DNA of 61,361 nt from a virus (Duplodnaviria > Caudoviricetes): IMG/VR virus record IMGVR_UViG_3300030333_005476, positions 1 to 61,361 of that record; one strand, 5' to 3'. Position 1 is the first letter of the stretch, and each line of letters begins with the position of its first letter. The position numbers and the translations under genes were made by a program. The notes below the pieces were generated by a model, which was given only the letters and a program-made list of their open reading frames with translations, did no database searches and had not been told where the DNA came from. Below are positions 1 through 7,657 of this stretch, piece after piece.

Positions 1-4
1 TTAA

Positions 5-163
5 ATGAAACTAACAAAGAACGAAGCCGAAAACCTAATCGACGCATTAAAAGAATGGAATGATGTCGTTGGCCCAAAAGAATTAGAAGATAATGAAGTG
101 GGCTTAAACGAAATGCGTTACCATAAACTCGCAAACAAAATCAAAAAAATGTTGGAGGACTAA
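5..163 (+). CDS. 52-aa hypothetical protein, paralog of 1782..1943 (not in ORF track)
   Basis: Manual translation MKLTKNEAENLIDALKEWNDVVGPKELEDNEVGLNEMRYHKLANKIKKMLED; a near-identical copy lies at 1782. Confidence 0.8.
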   Translation: MKLTKNEAENLIDALKEWNDVVGPKELEDNEVGLNEMRYHKLANKIKKMLED

Positions 164-166
164 AAA

Positions 167-388
167 ATGACCTTAAAAGAATACACAAAAAAAGTAAACA
201 CCTTACTCAAGGAAGAGTGTGACAGAATAAACAGCGACCCCGACACATTGTTTCGCGCAGTACATTACGACGTAACCGAATCGCACATGAAAATGTATTT
301 TGATTGGGGGTATTCGCCAGAACAAGCAATTAAACACATTAACGACGAAGTAGAAGAAGAGGCTCGTTGGGAAGCTCGCGTATCGTAA
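167..388 (+). CDS. Small hypothetical early protein
   Basis: ORF preceded by GGAGG Shine-Dalgarno and tightly packed after 5..163. Confidence 0.8.
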   Translation: MTLKEYTKKVNTLLKEECDRINSDPDTLFRAVHYDVTESHMKMYFDWGYSPEQAIKHINDEVEEEARWEARVS

Positions 389-404
389 AAAATTGGAGGA
401 CTAA

Positions 405-575
405 ATGACAAAAAAAGAAAAGAAACAAATAGAAGGCGTGCTAGCTTTCGCAATGATTGCAAACGGACGCGGTGCAGACCCGCGCGAAATGTTCGTGGCT
501 CTTGCGAATGACATCCATAGAATAAAATGTGGAGAAGAAGCAACAGAAATGACTAAACTCTGGAAAACAAATTAA
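405..575 (+). CDS. 56-aa hypothetical protein (not in ORF track)
   Basis: GGAGG upstream; MTKKEKKQIEGVLAFAMIANGRGADPREMF...KLWKTN fills the gap between neighbours. Confidence 0.75.
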   Translation: MTKKEKKQIEGVLAFAMIANGRGADPREMFVALANDIHRIKCGEEATEMTKLWKTN

Positions 576-576
576 T

Positions 577-771
577 ATGACTGTTCCTGAATTTTGTATT
601 GCTCAGAATGATAAAACTAGATGCACCATGCTTTGGTCAGATAACAAATGGACAGAGCTTCCCGAAAGCGATTACGAAATAGCGGCTTTAATCGCAAAGC
701 TATTGCGAACCTCTGCCGATCCTAATAAGGTCTTGGAAGATATTGTTAAACAAAACGACTGGGAGCCTTGA
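577..771 (+). CDS. Small hypothetical protein
   Basis: Starts 1 nt after the previous stop, on the same strand. Confidence 0.7.
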   Translation: MTVPEFCIAQNDKTRCTMLWSDNKWTELPESDYEIAALIAKLLRTSADPNKVLEDIVKQNDWEP

Positions 772-776
772 GGGCG

Positions 777-789
777 CCGGGCAGCCCGG
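777..789. repeat. Palindrome CCGGGC-A-GCCCGG, copy 1 of 3
   Basis: Exact 13-mer also at 2215 and 3156. Confidence 0.9.
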
Positions 790-807
790 AAGAAAAAGTT
801 ATCGCTG

Positions 808-840
808 GGACTGCGGATGTCCTACCCCCTGTGCTATACT
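808..840 (+). promoter_or_regulatory. Extended -10 promoter (TGTGC-TATACT) within a 33-nt element repeated at 3432-3464
   Basis: GGACTGCGGATGTCCTACCCCCTGTGCTATACT vs GGACTACGGATGTCCCACCTCCTGTGATAGACT (28/33 identical). Confidence 0.7.
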
Positions 841-846
841 GTACGC

Positions 847-1074
847 ATGAAAATTAAGATTGAGGCAATCAAGCCCCTAGCAAGCCAGAGAACGAAGAAT
901 CGCATTCGAGAGAATGGGCCTTGGTTTACCCTAGAGCGTAAGCATACAGACAAAGAATTCGGTATTGGCAAGAAGGCCGCTGGATTTGGCGTACAGAGTT
1001 GGCTGCTGCGTGGTAATGATTGGCTTGGCTGGTTGCCTATTAATGAGTTTAGAATTACAGAGAAAAGTGCTTGA
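847..1074 (+). CDS. Hypothetical early protein, probably leaderless (start MKIKIE at 847)
   Basis: In-frame ATG 6 nt after TATACT; the longer ORF start at 817 lies inside the promoter. Confidence 0.75.
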   Translation: MKIKIEAIKPLASQRTKNRIRENGPWFTLERKHTDKEFGIGKKAAGFGVQSWLLRGNDWLGWLPINEFRITEKSA

Positions 1075-1099
1075 CATTTGTTAAAGTAACTGCTATACT
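1071..1099 (+). promoter_or_regulatory. Sigma70-type promoter
   Basis: TTGACA-17-TATACT with TG extension. Confidence 0.85.
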
Positions 1100-1105
1100 A
1101 GTTTT

Positions 1106-1318
1106 ATGATGATTGAGAAAACGAACATAACATACATCCCATCCTTCGGTAACATTGCTGATTACGGGTGGTTGGAGATAGACGGAGAATGCGTGCGTGT
1201 GGTAGACATCCACAGTTGGGATGACTTTGGTCAGACGCAAGACACCTTTATCCTAGAGGATGGCAGAGAATACATCTCACAGGACGAGGGCGAAACATTC
1301 CAAGCGGCTGCATATTAG
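1106..1318 (+). CDS. Acidic hypothetical early protein
   Basis: ATG 6 nt after the -10 box. Confidence 0.75.
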   Translation: MMIEKTNITYIPSFGNIADYGWLEIDGECVRVVDIHSWDDFGQTQDTFILEDGREYISQDEGETFQAAAY

Positions 1319-1321
1319 AGC

Positions 1322-1350
1322 TTGACATTTAACAAAGAATTTGCTATACT
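1322..1350 (+). promoter_or_regulatory. Sigma70-type promoter
   Basis: TTGACA-17-TATACT with TG extension. Confidence 0.85.
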
Positions 1351-1359
1351 AAAAAAACC

Positions 1360-1710
1360 ATGAGAAACATTATCGAAGTAGAGGACGGCAAGATGGTACA
1401 CTCCAGCCGATTCGAGGTAGACCTACACATCATCACAAAGAACTTCTGGGAGTATTACTTGGAGAAGCCTGATTCTAATGGCATTGCCTTTGGCTATGTA
1501 ATGGGTGACTTTAACGAATGGGGTAGCGTAGACGTTAACGAGCTTATGCCCTACATTATAAGCACTACCTATAATCTCGATGAGGTTATGCCACCAGCGG
1601 GATACCACTGGGAGGACGAATTACAAGACGTACAGCTTGACACGGTAAGCGTAGCCAGTGAGACCCACTCGCCGTTATCGTCGGGAAGCGAATACTCCAC
1701 CACGGAGTAA
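1360..1710 (+). CDS. Hypothetical protein, DUF2958-like
   Basis: Motif AFGYVMG...EWGSVDVNEL resembles the DUF2958 pattern (recognised by eye). Confidence 0.6.
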   Translation: MRNIIEVEDGKMVHSSRFEVDLHIITKNFWEYYLEKPDSNGIAFGYVMGDFNEWGSVDVNELMPYIISTTYNLDEVMPPAGYHWEDELQDVQLDTVSVASETHSPLSSGSEYSTTE

Positions 1711-1718
1711 GTACGTCT

Positions 1719-1756
1719 ATCCTGCGGGGGGTTTGTCGTTTTCTCCCTCGCAGGAT
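1719..1756. other. Strong GC-rich intergenic hairpin
   Basis: ATCCTGCGGGGGG (1719-1731) pairs with TCCCTCGCAGGAT (1744-1756). Confidence 0.7.
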
Positions 1757-1781
1757 TAACTTTAATTGGAAGGATTAAAAA

Positions 1782-1943
1782 ATGTATAAACTAGACAAAG
1801 ACGAAGCGGCAAACCTACTTGACGCCCTAGAAGAATGGAATGATACCGTTGGCCCTAAAGAACTAGAAGATGATGAGGTGGGCTTAAATGAGATGCGTTA
1901 CCATAAACTCGCAAACAATATCAAGAAAATGTTGGAGGATTAA
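1782..1943 (+). CDS. 53-aa hypothetical protein, paralog of 5..163 (not in ORF track)
   Basis: MYKLDKDEAANLLDALEEWNDTVGPKELEDDEVGLNEMRYHKLANNIKKMLED; AAGGA upstream. Confidence 0.8.
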   Translation: MYKLDKDEAANLLDALEEWNDTVGPKELEDDEVGLNEMRYHKLANNIKKMLED

Positions 1944-2204
1944 ATGACAATTAAACAAGAAGCAAGACTATTACTTAACAATGAGATTAAAGTAATTGAT
2001 AGCCGTAGTGGATTCTATGGCCAAACTGGAATCGTCAAGCAGATTATGCATGATGGTCGCACATTAGATATTAAGTTATCCAATGGTAAGTTTGTGTTTC
2101 TTGATGTTACCTTTGTCAGTGAGATTAATGAGCGCACACACTACGCAAAGGGAGAGCCTGACCTTGGGCCTGTTGCCAATAGCGTGATACAAGACCACAA
2201 GTAA
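1944..2204 (+). CDS. Small KOW/SH3-like protein
   Basis: IKVIDSRSGFYGQTGIVKQI is a KOW-like motif; GGAGG upstream. Confidence 0.65.
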   Translation: MTIKQEARLLLNNEIKVIDSRSGFYGQTGIVKQIMHDGRTLDIKLSNGKFVFLDVTFVSEINERTHYAKGEPDLGPVANSVIQDHK

Positions 2205-2214
2205 GGCCTACGGG

Positions 2215-2227
2215 CCGGGCAGCCCGG
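2215..2227. repeat. Palindrome CCGGGC-A-GCCCGG, copy 2 of 3
   Basis: Shares the 20-nt GCCGGGCAGCCCGGAAGAAA with copy 1. Confidence 0.9.
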
Positions 2228-2291
2228 AAGAAAGCTCATTCTGTTGCCACGTTGAGTTAACGCCGAGTCTTACTCAGGGCAGGAGCCGAGA

Positions 2292-2480
2292 CTAGTCCTC
2301 TCGGTAGTACCCGCCGAGCCAATACTCGGCGTCATACTCCATGAGTTGCTCCTCACGGTAACGGCGGTCTTTCCCGTCCTCACAGGCGACCAACCATTTA
2401 CCGTTGCGGGGAGAGGCAACCACTTGCCCAACCCTCGCATCGGAGGTCTCGACTTCCATGCCTAATGCGATGGTAGTCAT
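2292..2480 (-). CDS. Small SH3-like hypothetical protein
   Basis: Pattern GMEV...VGQVV...WLV.CEDG..RRY.E.QL. Confidence 0.65.
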   Translation of the reverse strand: MTTIALGMEVETSDARVGQVVASPRNGKWLVACEDGKDRRYREEQLMEYDAEYWLGGYYRED

Positions 2481-2570
2481 TTCTTCTGTCGTGTCTATTG
2501 TAGGCTATCGTATCCACACATAGCAGCACATAGACAGACGCAGAAGATTATTAAAGGTAGGATTTCCATA

Positions 2571-2888
2571 TTAGTTTATTATAATTAGGGTTAATGTAAT
2601 TGCGATAACAGCACCACAAAGGATAAAGAGACTATTAAATGCTTTTTCTATCTTAAAAGATTCCGATGGTGTTGGCTTAAACTGTTTGGCTATCATAGTG
2701 ATAGACTGCTTGGCTTGTGGAGCTTGCACTTTCTTTTGCTCTTGCACCCAACGCCATGCACCCTTGAGCAGCCACTCGTTGCCGTCTACGCCACGATGCT
2801 TTGAGGTGGTGTGTCCGTCCCATATCCATTGACCATTTGCGCCTTGGGGAGTGTGCGGCATTGGCTCGGTATTGTTTATCGTTTCCAT
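2571..2888 (-). CDS. Hypothetical protein with C-terminal transmembrane helix
   Basis: Hydrophobic C-terminus; own promoter at 2898-2926. Confidence 0.7.
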   Translation of the reverse strand: METINNTEPMPHTPQGANGQWIWDGHTTSKHRGVDGNEWLLKGAWRWVQEQKKVQAPQAKQSITMIAKQFKPTPSESFKIEKAFNSLFILCGAVIAITLTLIIIN

Positions 2889-2897
2889 CTGCGGTAT

Positions 2898-2926
2898 ATT
2901 ATGGACTAAAGAGGGTTAATTGTCAA
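2898..2926 (-). promoter_or_regulatory. Sigma70-type promoter
   Basis: Minus strand TTGACA-17-CATAAT. Confidence 0.75.
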
Positions 2927-3098
2927 GCACTAATTTAAGCATAGATTTAGGCATTGCCATCATATACACTGACCCCAAGGGTGACGTGTGCGCCACACGC
3001 ACAAAGCCATTGACGGGCCTTCTAGGGTGTAGGTCTTTGATTACCACAGCCCGCCAGTTGGGGTTGTCTCGGTGCTTAACTAGGTCGTTTTCTCTCAT
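2916..3098 (-). CDS. Small SH3-like hypothetical protein (start MRENDL)
   Basis: In-frame ATG 11 nt downstream of the promoter at 3110-3138. Confidence 0.7.
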   Translation of the reverse strand: MRENDLVKHRDNPNWRAVVIKDLHPRRPVNGFVRVAHTSPLGSVYMMAMPKSMLKLVLDN

Positions 3099-3109
3099 GT
3101 TCTGGATAC

Positions 3110-3138
3110 AGTATACCACACAATTGCCCACCTGTCAA
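3110..3138 (-). promoter_or_regulatory. Sigma70-type promoter
   Basis: Minus strand TTGACA-17-TATACT with TGTGG extension. Confidence 0.85.
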
Positions 3139-3152
3139 GCCCTCAGGTAAGG

Positions 3153-3171
3153 TTGCCGGGCAGCCCGGCAA
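3153..3171. repeat. Palindrome copy 3 of 3, extended to TTGCCGGGC-A-GCCCGGCAA
   Basis: Perfect 19-bp palindrome between divergent promoters. Confidence 0.9.
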
Positions 3172-3185
3172 GTAACGATTAACCC

Positions 3186-3214
3186 TTGACAAACGAGCGA
3201 TCTTGTGGCATACT
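3186..3214 (+). promoter_or_regulatory. Sigma70-type promoter
   Basis: TTGACA-17-CATACT with TGTGG extension. Confidence 0.8.
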
Positions 3215-3225
3215 ATATATAGAAA

Positions 3226-3432
3226 GTGAGAGACAAACAGATGACAAACCTACCACCACTACCAGAAGTCACTTGGGAAGTAACCTTTGAGAACGACAGC
3301 ACCGTGTTTATTGCCGCACGGGATAAGGCACACGCTCGCCGTATCATCGAGAACAACGGCCTATGGCGCAGGACGCCAGAGTGCGAGCCAGTAAAGCACA
3401 CCATAAAAAAGATTGAGTTAGCAACTCGGTAG
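3226..3432 (+). CDS. Small hypothetical early protein
   Basis: ORF directly after a promoter; the start could be the ATG at 3241. Confidence 0.7.
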   Translation: MRDKQMTNLPPLPEVTWEVTFENDSTVFIAARDKAHARRIIENNGLWRRTPECEPVKHTIKKIELATR

Positions 3433-3475
3433 GACTACGGATGTCCCACCTCCTGTGATAGACTATAAGCATATT

Positions 3476-3739
3476 ATGAGAAACGACAAAGCAACCTACA
3501 CACTCTGGAACGGCAGTCAAATGATTGCCACCTACCCACACACCCGCGAGGGTTACGACGCAGCCTTCGCCCGTGCCTTCGACCTCGGCGCTGGTGCTGC
3601 TATCTACTCAAGCCGTGATGACCTTGTGTGGTCAGCTAGCGACGACGAAAAAGAGTCGGTTACCGATGACTTTGCTGAGATGGACGCCATTTATGACGAG
3701 TCCGGCGATTACGACATAAACGAATTATTTTATAACTAG
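3476..3739 (+). CDS. Hypothetical protein with acidic tail (start MRNDK)
   Basis: In-frame ATG 11 nt after the TAGACT of the repeated promoter element 3432-3464. Confidence 0.7.
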   Translation: MRNDKATYTLWNGSQMIATYPHTREGYDAAFARAFDLGAGAAIYSSRDDLVWSASDDEKESVTDDFAEMDAIYDESGDYDINELFYN

Positions 3740-3848
3740 TTTTTTTGTTAGACCTCAACCCCTAGAGCTATTATTATGGAATTATTACCTTTGTTTATCG
3801 TGTTTGTTTGTCTCAGTACGATTGCGCTGATCACGGAGTAGGGAACGA

Positions 3849-3914
3849 CCCCCCATTCCCCACCCCATTGCAAAAAAATGAGGTAAATCACGCTGGGGAA
3901 AAGGGGGGGGGAGG
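3849..3914. other. C-run/G-run inverted element at the early/middle boundary
   Basis: CCCCCCATTCCCCA ... TGGGGAAAAGGGGGGGGG in a non-coding gap. Confidence 0.6.
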
Positions 3915-3968
3915 TATATATCATTCTCCCCGAGCAAATAAATAACCATAATTATAAATTAATATAAA

Positions 3969-4196
3969 GTGATATACCAACATAAAATACAAAGCTTAAC
4001 GAGAGTAGAATTGGGCGTGCTGCTATATATATGTAATGAGTTATTTACGACTAACGTGGAGATCGACGAGCATACAATAACAGCATATAAAGAAAAAGCC
4101 CTTGAAGCGAAGCTTCGCGCAGCGAAAGAAAGAGTTAAACCTGAATATCTTGAATTCTATAGGATAATATGCAACAAATTAGACATTGACGTATAA
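3969..4196 (+). CDS. Hypothetical protein
   Basis: GTG-start ORF filling the gap. Confidence 0.6.
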   Translation: MIYQHKIQSLTRVELGVLLYICNELFTTNVEIDEHTITAYKEKALEAKLRAAKERVKPEYLEFYRIICNKLDIDV

Positions 4197-4214
4197 GCAA
4201 GAAACTGTTAGACT
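4186..4214 (+). promoter_or_regulatory. Sigma70-type promoter for 4221 (leaderless)
   Basis: TTGACG-17-TAGACT, with ATG 6 nt later. Confidence 0.7.
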
Positions 4215-4220
4215 TACAAG

Positions 4221-4667
4221 ATGAAGAAAATCATTGCTTGTTTATTGCTGTGTTCGTTTCAGTTACCCGCCGATCAGGCGCTTACAGAAGAAGAAAGAAT
4301 CGTTGCTTTAACTTTACTCGGAGAGGCCCGTGGTGAAAAAGAAATCGGCATGTTTGCCGTGGGGTGTGTTATCCAGAAAAGAGTCTTAGAACGCAACCTG
4401 ACGCCAAAGCAGGTATGTCTAGAACGCAAGCAGTTCGATGTTTGGACGGGCAAAAAAGAAAGAGACTTAATGTATCTATGGAAGGCCGACCCAAAGATGG
4501 TTGCGTATGCAAGAAGGCTGGCTAGGTACATCTGTAGTAAAACACATAGATTAGCTGACGCCACAAACGGGGCTAACCATTTTTGTCATGTTAATTCTTA
4601 TCCTTATTGGATAAAAGGAAAAAAACCAACTAAAATAATTGGAAGGCATAAATTTTTTAAGCTTTAA
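4221..4667 (+). CDS. SleB/Hydrolase_2-family cell wall hydrolase with signal peptide
   Basis: ALTLLGEARGE...AVGCVI..R...C....QF...GANHF...IGRHKFF. Confidence 0.85.
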   Translation: MKKIIACLLLCSFQLPADQALTEEERIVALTLLGEARGEKEIGMFAVGCVIQKRVLERNLTPKQVCLERKQFDVWTGKKERDLMYLWKADPKMVAYARRLARYICSKTHRLADATNGANHFCHVNSYPYWIKGKKPTKIIGRHKFFKL

Positions 4668-4669
4668 TC

Positions 4670-4861
4670 ATGAGTGTAAGGAATAAATTTTACGAGGTGC
4701 AAGAACAGTGGAACAATTTGCACTGGAATTCATTAAGATTCTTTAGGAAAGAAGCTGACGCCAAAGAATACGTGTCTGTATACGAGTCTAGAGGTCATAG
4801 ATACCCCGCTAGAGTAGTAGAACATGAATTTAGCAACATAAAAGACTTTAAGAGCGAGTAA
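4670..4861 (+). CDS. Small hypothetical protein
   Basis: Starts 2 nt after the previous stop. Confidence 0.65.
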   Translation: MSVRNKFYEVQEQWNNLHWNSLRFFRKEADAKEYVSVYESRGHRYPARVVEHEFSNIKDFKSE

Positions 4862-5354
4862 TTTTTAAAACGCTGACAACTTTGGTGCTAGAAAAGAAAT
4901 TTTTGATATATTCTTTTGAGTGAGTCGGATACGTTACCCAATGCCACTCCTTAAACGGATTACTACCTTTGATAAGCACTATTGCTACATCACCCTCCTT
5001 TAGAGAATCAAAGCTAACCTCTTCTAAGTTATAACCTCTTTTGTTTAAATATTTTTTTAACTCGCAAGGAAAAGTAATCTCTAATGCTCTGTAATTAAAT
5101 GACGCTAATAATAACCTACTACCATTGCCTGTTGATTGAATGTTTTTACTAATAGATTCGCGGCTGACTAATTTTTTCTCTATTTGTAGAATTGCGTCTT
5201 GAATAGAGTCAGGACCACACGAGTGGTAATGACGGATGTAGAATCCTTCTTCTTTTTTGAATTTTTCTTTGTGGAATATCCCACAACTTGAATTTAAGAA
5301 TATAAAACAAATAGCCAGCACCCAAGCTAACCATTTCGTAGGTTTAGGTTTCAT
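4848..5354 (-). CDS. C39-like papain-fold peptidase, putative lipoprotein
   Basis: Signal ending NSSC; SCGP catalytic Cys motif; HWV catalytic His. Confidence 0.65.
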   Translation of the reverse strand: MKPKPTKWLAWVLAICFIFLNSSCGIFHKEKFKKEEGFYIRHYHSCGPDSIQDAILQIEKKLVSRESISKNIQSTGNGSRLLLASFNYRALEITFPCELKKYLNKRGYNLEEVSFDSLKEGDVAIVLIKGSNPFKEWHWVTYPTHSKEYIKNFFSSTKVVSVLKITRS

Positions 5355-5394
5355 TATTGGAAATTACACTTATTTGTGTGTAATATGTTTTAAC

Positions 5395-6180
5395 ATGCCT
5401 AGAGAAAAAGGAACCCGCAACGGGAAGTTGAAAATTCGGGGAGGCAAAGAAGTAGTAGAAGAGGTGACAGATTATTCACCAAAAAGATATATTGCTCCCA
5501 ATCCCATCAAAACTCAAATCAAATTAAACCAATTACCTTGGACAGAAAAACAAAAAGAATTTTTTAAGATAGCATTACACCCTTCCACTAAAGTAGTGTT
5601 TGTTAACGGCCCAGCAGGAACATCGAAAACCTTACTGTCTGTTTACTGCGCGTTACAGATGCTCAACATGAAAACAATCAACAACATTCTTTACTTGCGG
5701 TCAGCAGTAGAGAGCAGCGCAAACTCACTAGGCTTTTTGCCGGGTAGCGCAGAAGAGAAACTTAAGTTTTATAATTTACCATTTTTGGATAAATTAGATG
5801 AACTTTTGACTACAGTCAAGCCTGAGAAGCTTGTTGAGCAGGATAGAGTTTCTATGTTCCCTGTTAATTTTGCTAGAGGTATGAATTGGCAAGCGAAAGC
5901 TGTCATTCTAGACGAAGCGCAAAATAGTACGGCTAAAGAAATCATTACTGTTCTTACCCGCTTGGGTGAGGGGAGTAAGGCATTCGTTTTGTCGGACCCA
6001 ATGCAAACAGACCTAAAAAATCCAAATCATATCGGAGGGTGTCAATCTCTTATTAGCTCTATGTTTTCTGACGATGAATACTTAGATCATGGAGTGTATT
6101 ATTTCGAATTTGACGAAGAGGATATCATGCGCTCGGAACTTGTAAAGTTCCTAGTCAGGAAGTTTCGAGATATCGAATAA
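5395..6180 (+). CDS. phoH: PhoH-family ATPase (start MPREKG)
   Basis: GPAGTSKT, LGFLPG, FARG, ILDEAQN, LTRLGEGSK, DPMQTD, DIMRS. Confidence 0.92.
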   Translation: MPREKGTRNGKLKIRGGKEVVEEVTDYSPKRYIAPNPIKTQIKLNQLPWTEKQKEFFKIALHPSTKVVFVNGPAGTSKTLLSVYCALQMLNMKTINNILYLRSAVESSANSLGFLPGSAEEKLKFYNLPFLDKLDELLTTVKPEKLVEQDRVSMFPVNFARGMNWQAKAVILDEAQNSTAKEIITVLTRLGEGSKAFVLSDPMQTDLKNPNHIGGCQSLISSMFSDDEYLDHGVYYFEFDEEDIMRSELVKFLVRKFRDIE

Positions 6181-6207
6181 TTATCTTTAATTATTTTTAA
6201 TTATAAA

Positions 6208-6238
6208 CAAAAAATACGAACAGTGTTAAGCTGTTCGT
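6208..6238 (-). terminator. Probable intrinsic terminator between convergent genes
   Basis: ACGAACAGT/GCTGTTCGT stem with an A-run on the left (U-tract on the minus strand). Confidence 0.6.
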
Positions 6239-6241
6239 TCC

Positions 6242-6547
6242 CTACTGGTTCTTATCTTTATCTTCCCTTTTCCAGCCTTCCCTAGAGAGACATCTGGCGA
6301 CAGTATTCCCGAATTTGGTTATAGTCTCTTCGGACTTATCCCAAAAGAAGGCGTGGGCAATTTCATGTACTATTGTATTTAAGACCTCTTTATCCGATTG
6401 GTCTGGATTGATAAAAATCTTAGGTGTATCTTCTGAGGGATCGTAACATATCCCTTCAGCCTTATAGCATTTGTGAGGTTTTTTAAGCAAAAGCTCGTAT
6501 CTAACCCGTTTATCGGTCCTAAACACGAAAGGCTTACTATTTTTCAT
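6242..6547 (-). CDS. Small HEXXH zinc metallopeptidase-like protein
   Basis: IFINP...LNTIVHEIAHA...E. Confidence 0.75.
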   Translation of the reverse strand: MKNSKPFVFRTDKRVRYELLLKKPHKCYKAEGICYDPSEDTPKIFINPDQSDKEVLNTIVHEIAHAFFWDKSEETITKFGNTVARCLSREGWKREDKDKNQ

Positions 6548-6603
6548 GTGTATCTATAATTACATTAAATTTTGACAACCTTTTACAAAAAATTATAATA
6601 ATT

Positions 6604-6966
6604 ATGAAAATGTATTGCTCTGAATGTGGAACACCACATGAATATGTAGGAAAAAAGCCCAATTTTTGCACAAATTGCGGATTCTCTTTCGCTGGGATGG
6701 AAAAGCCAAGCACGGCTAGAGTAGAAGAGGTAGAAGAGGACCAAGATAATATTGAAGAAATTCCAAATATTAGCGGTCTCGAAGTTGAGATAGAGCCCTA
6801 TCAGAATAACTCTATAAAATTAGGTGAAGCTGTAGATTATAACCAAACTCAAGCCTCACAGCCCACGGCGCGAAACAAAGGTAAAAGGTTAACTAAGAAA
6901 GCTGAAAAGGAATTTCTAAATAATTGGCAAAAGGAGGCGGGTACATCCCGAAAGCGAAATGAATAG
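6604..6966 (+). CDS. Zinc-ribbon protein
   Basis: YCSECG...FCTNCG; promoter TTGACA(6572)-16-TATAAT(6594) directly upstream. Confidence 0.8.
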   Translation: MKMYCSECGTPHEYVGKKPNFCTNCGFSFAGMEKPSTARVEEVEEDQDNIEEIPNISGLEVEIEPYQNNSIKLGEAVDYNQTQASQPTARNKGKRLTKKAEKEFLNNWQKEAGTSRKRNE

Positions 6967-6968
6967 TA

Positions 6969-7655
6969 ATGCCAAGAAAAAAGAAGCTCAAATTCGAAGA
7001 GTGTATCGACAGTATTGACCACGAAATAAGCAAAAGAAGAAACAAATGGAATCTAACAGCTTTGGCTTGGATGGATTTCGATGATGTGGCTCAAATCTTA
7101 AGAATACACATTCATAAAAAATGGCACTTGTACGAACAGGGCAAGCCGTTAGCGCCCTGGGTTAATAGGATCATATCCAATCAAATTAAAAACCTAATAA
7201 GAAACAACTATGGTAATTTTACTAGACCCTGTTTAAGATGTGCCGCAGCAGAAGGAGACACCCTTTGTTCTATATACGAAAAACAATGCAATACTTGCCC
7301 TTTATACGCTCAGTGGGAAAAAACCAAGAAAAGAGCCCATGATGCCAAGCTTCCCCTATCCTTAGAAAATCACACCAAAGAAATCCACTCTATACCCTCC
7401 GATCACTGCGATATAGAAGAGGCCGCTGGAAAATTGCATAAAAAAATGAAAAAAATATTAAAACCTAATGAGTGGTTGGTTTATAATTACTTGTACATCG
7501 AAAACCTGAAAGAAGAAGATGTAGCTAAAAAGATGGGCTATAAAACCTCAGAAAAAAATAGGCAACCGGGGTACAAACAAATCAAGAACATTAAGAAGAA
7601 CATTGTATCCAAAGTAAAAAACTTGCTTAAAAACGACGAAATTGATATATTTTAA
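6969..7655 (+). CDS. Phage sigma70-family (ECF-like) sigma factor with Cys-rich insert
   Basis: Region 2-like DFDDVAQ...W..Y....LAPWVNRIISNQIKNLIRN; region 4-like HTH EEDVAKKMGY; insert CLRC...C...CNTC. Confidence 0.75.
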   Translation: MPRKKKLKFEECIDSIDHEISKRRNKWNLTALAWMDFDDVAQILRIHIHKKWHLYEQGKPLAPWVNRIISNQIKNLIRNNYGNFTRPCLRCAAAEGDTLCSIYEKQCNTCPLYAQWEKTKKRAHDAKLPLSLENHTKEIHSIPSDHCDIEEAAGKLHKKMKKILKPNEWLVYNYLYIENLKEEDVAKKMGYKTSEKNRQPGYKQIKNIKKNIVSKVKNLLKNDEIDIF

Positions 7656-7657
7656 TT

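Noticed and set aside
3776-3841. 21-aa hydrophobic peptide MELLPLFIVFVCLSTIALITE
   Set aside because: It is too short to support, has no RBS, and the best-spaced -10 box overlaps its ATG.
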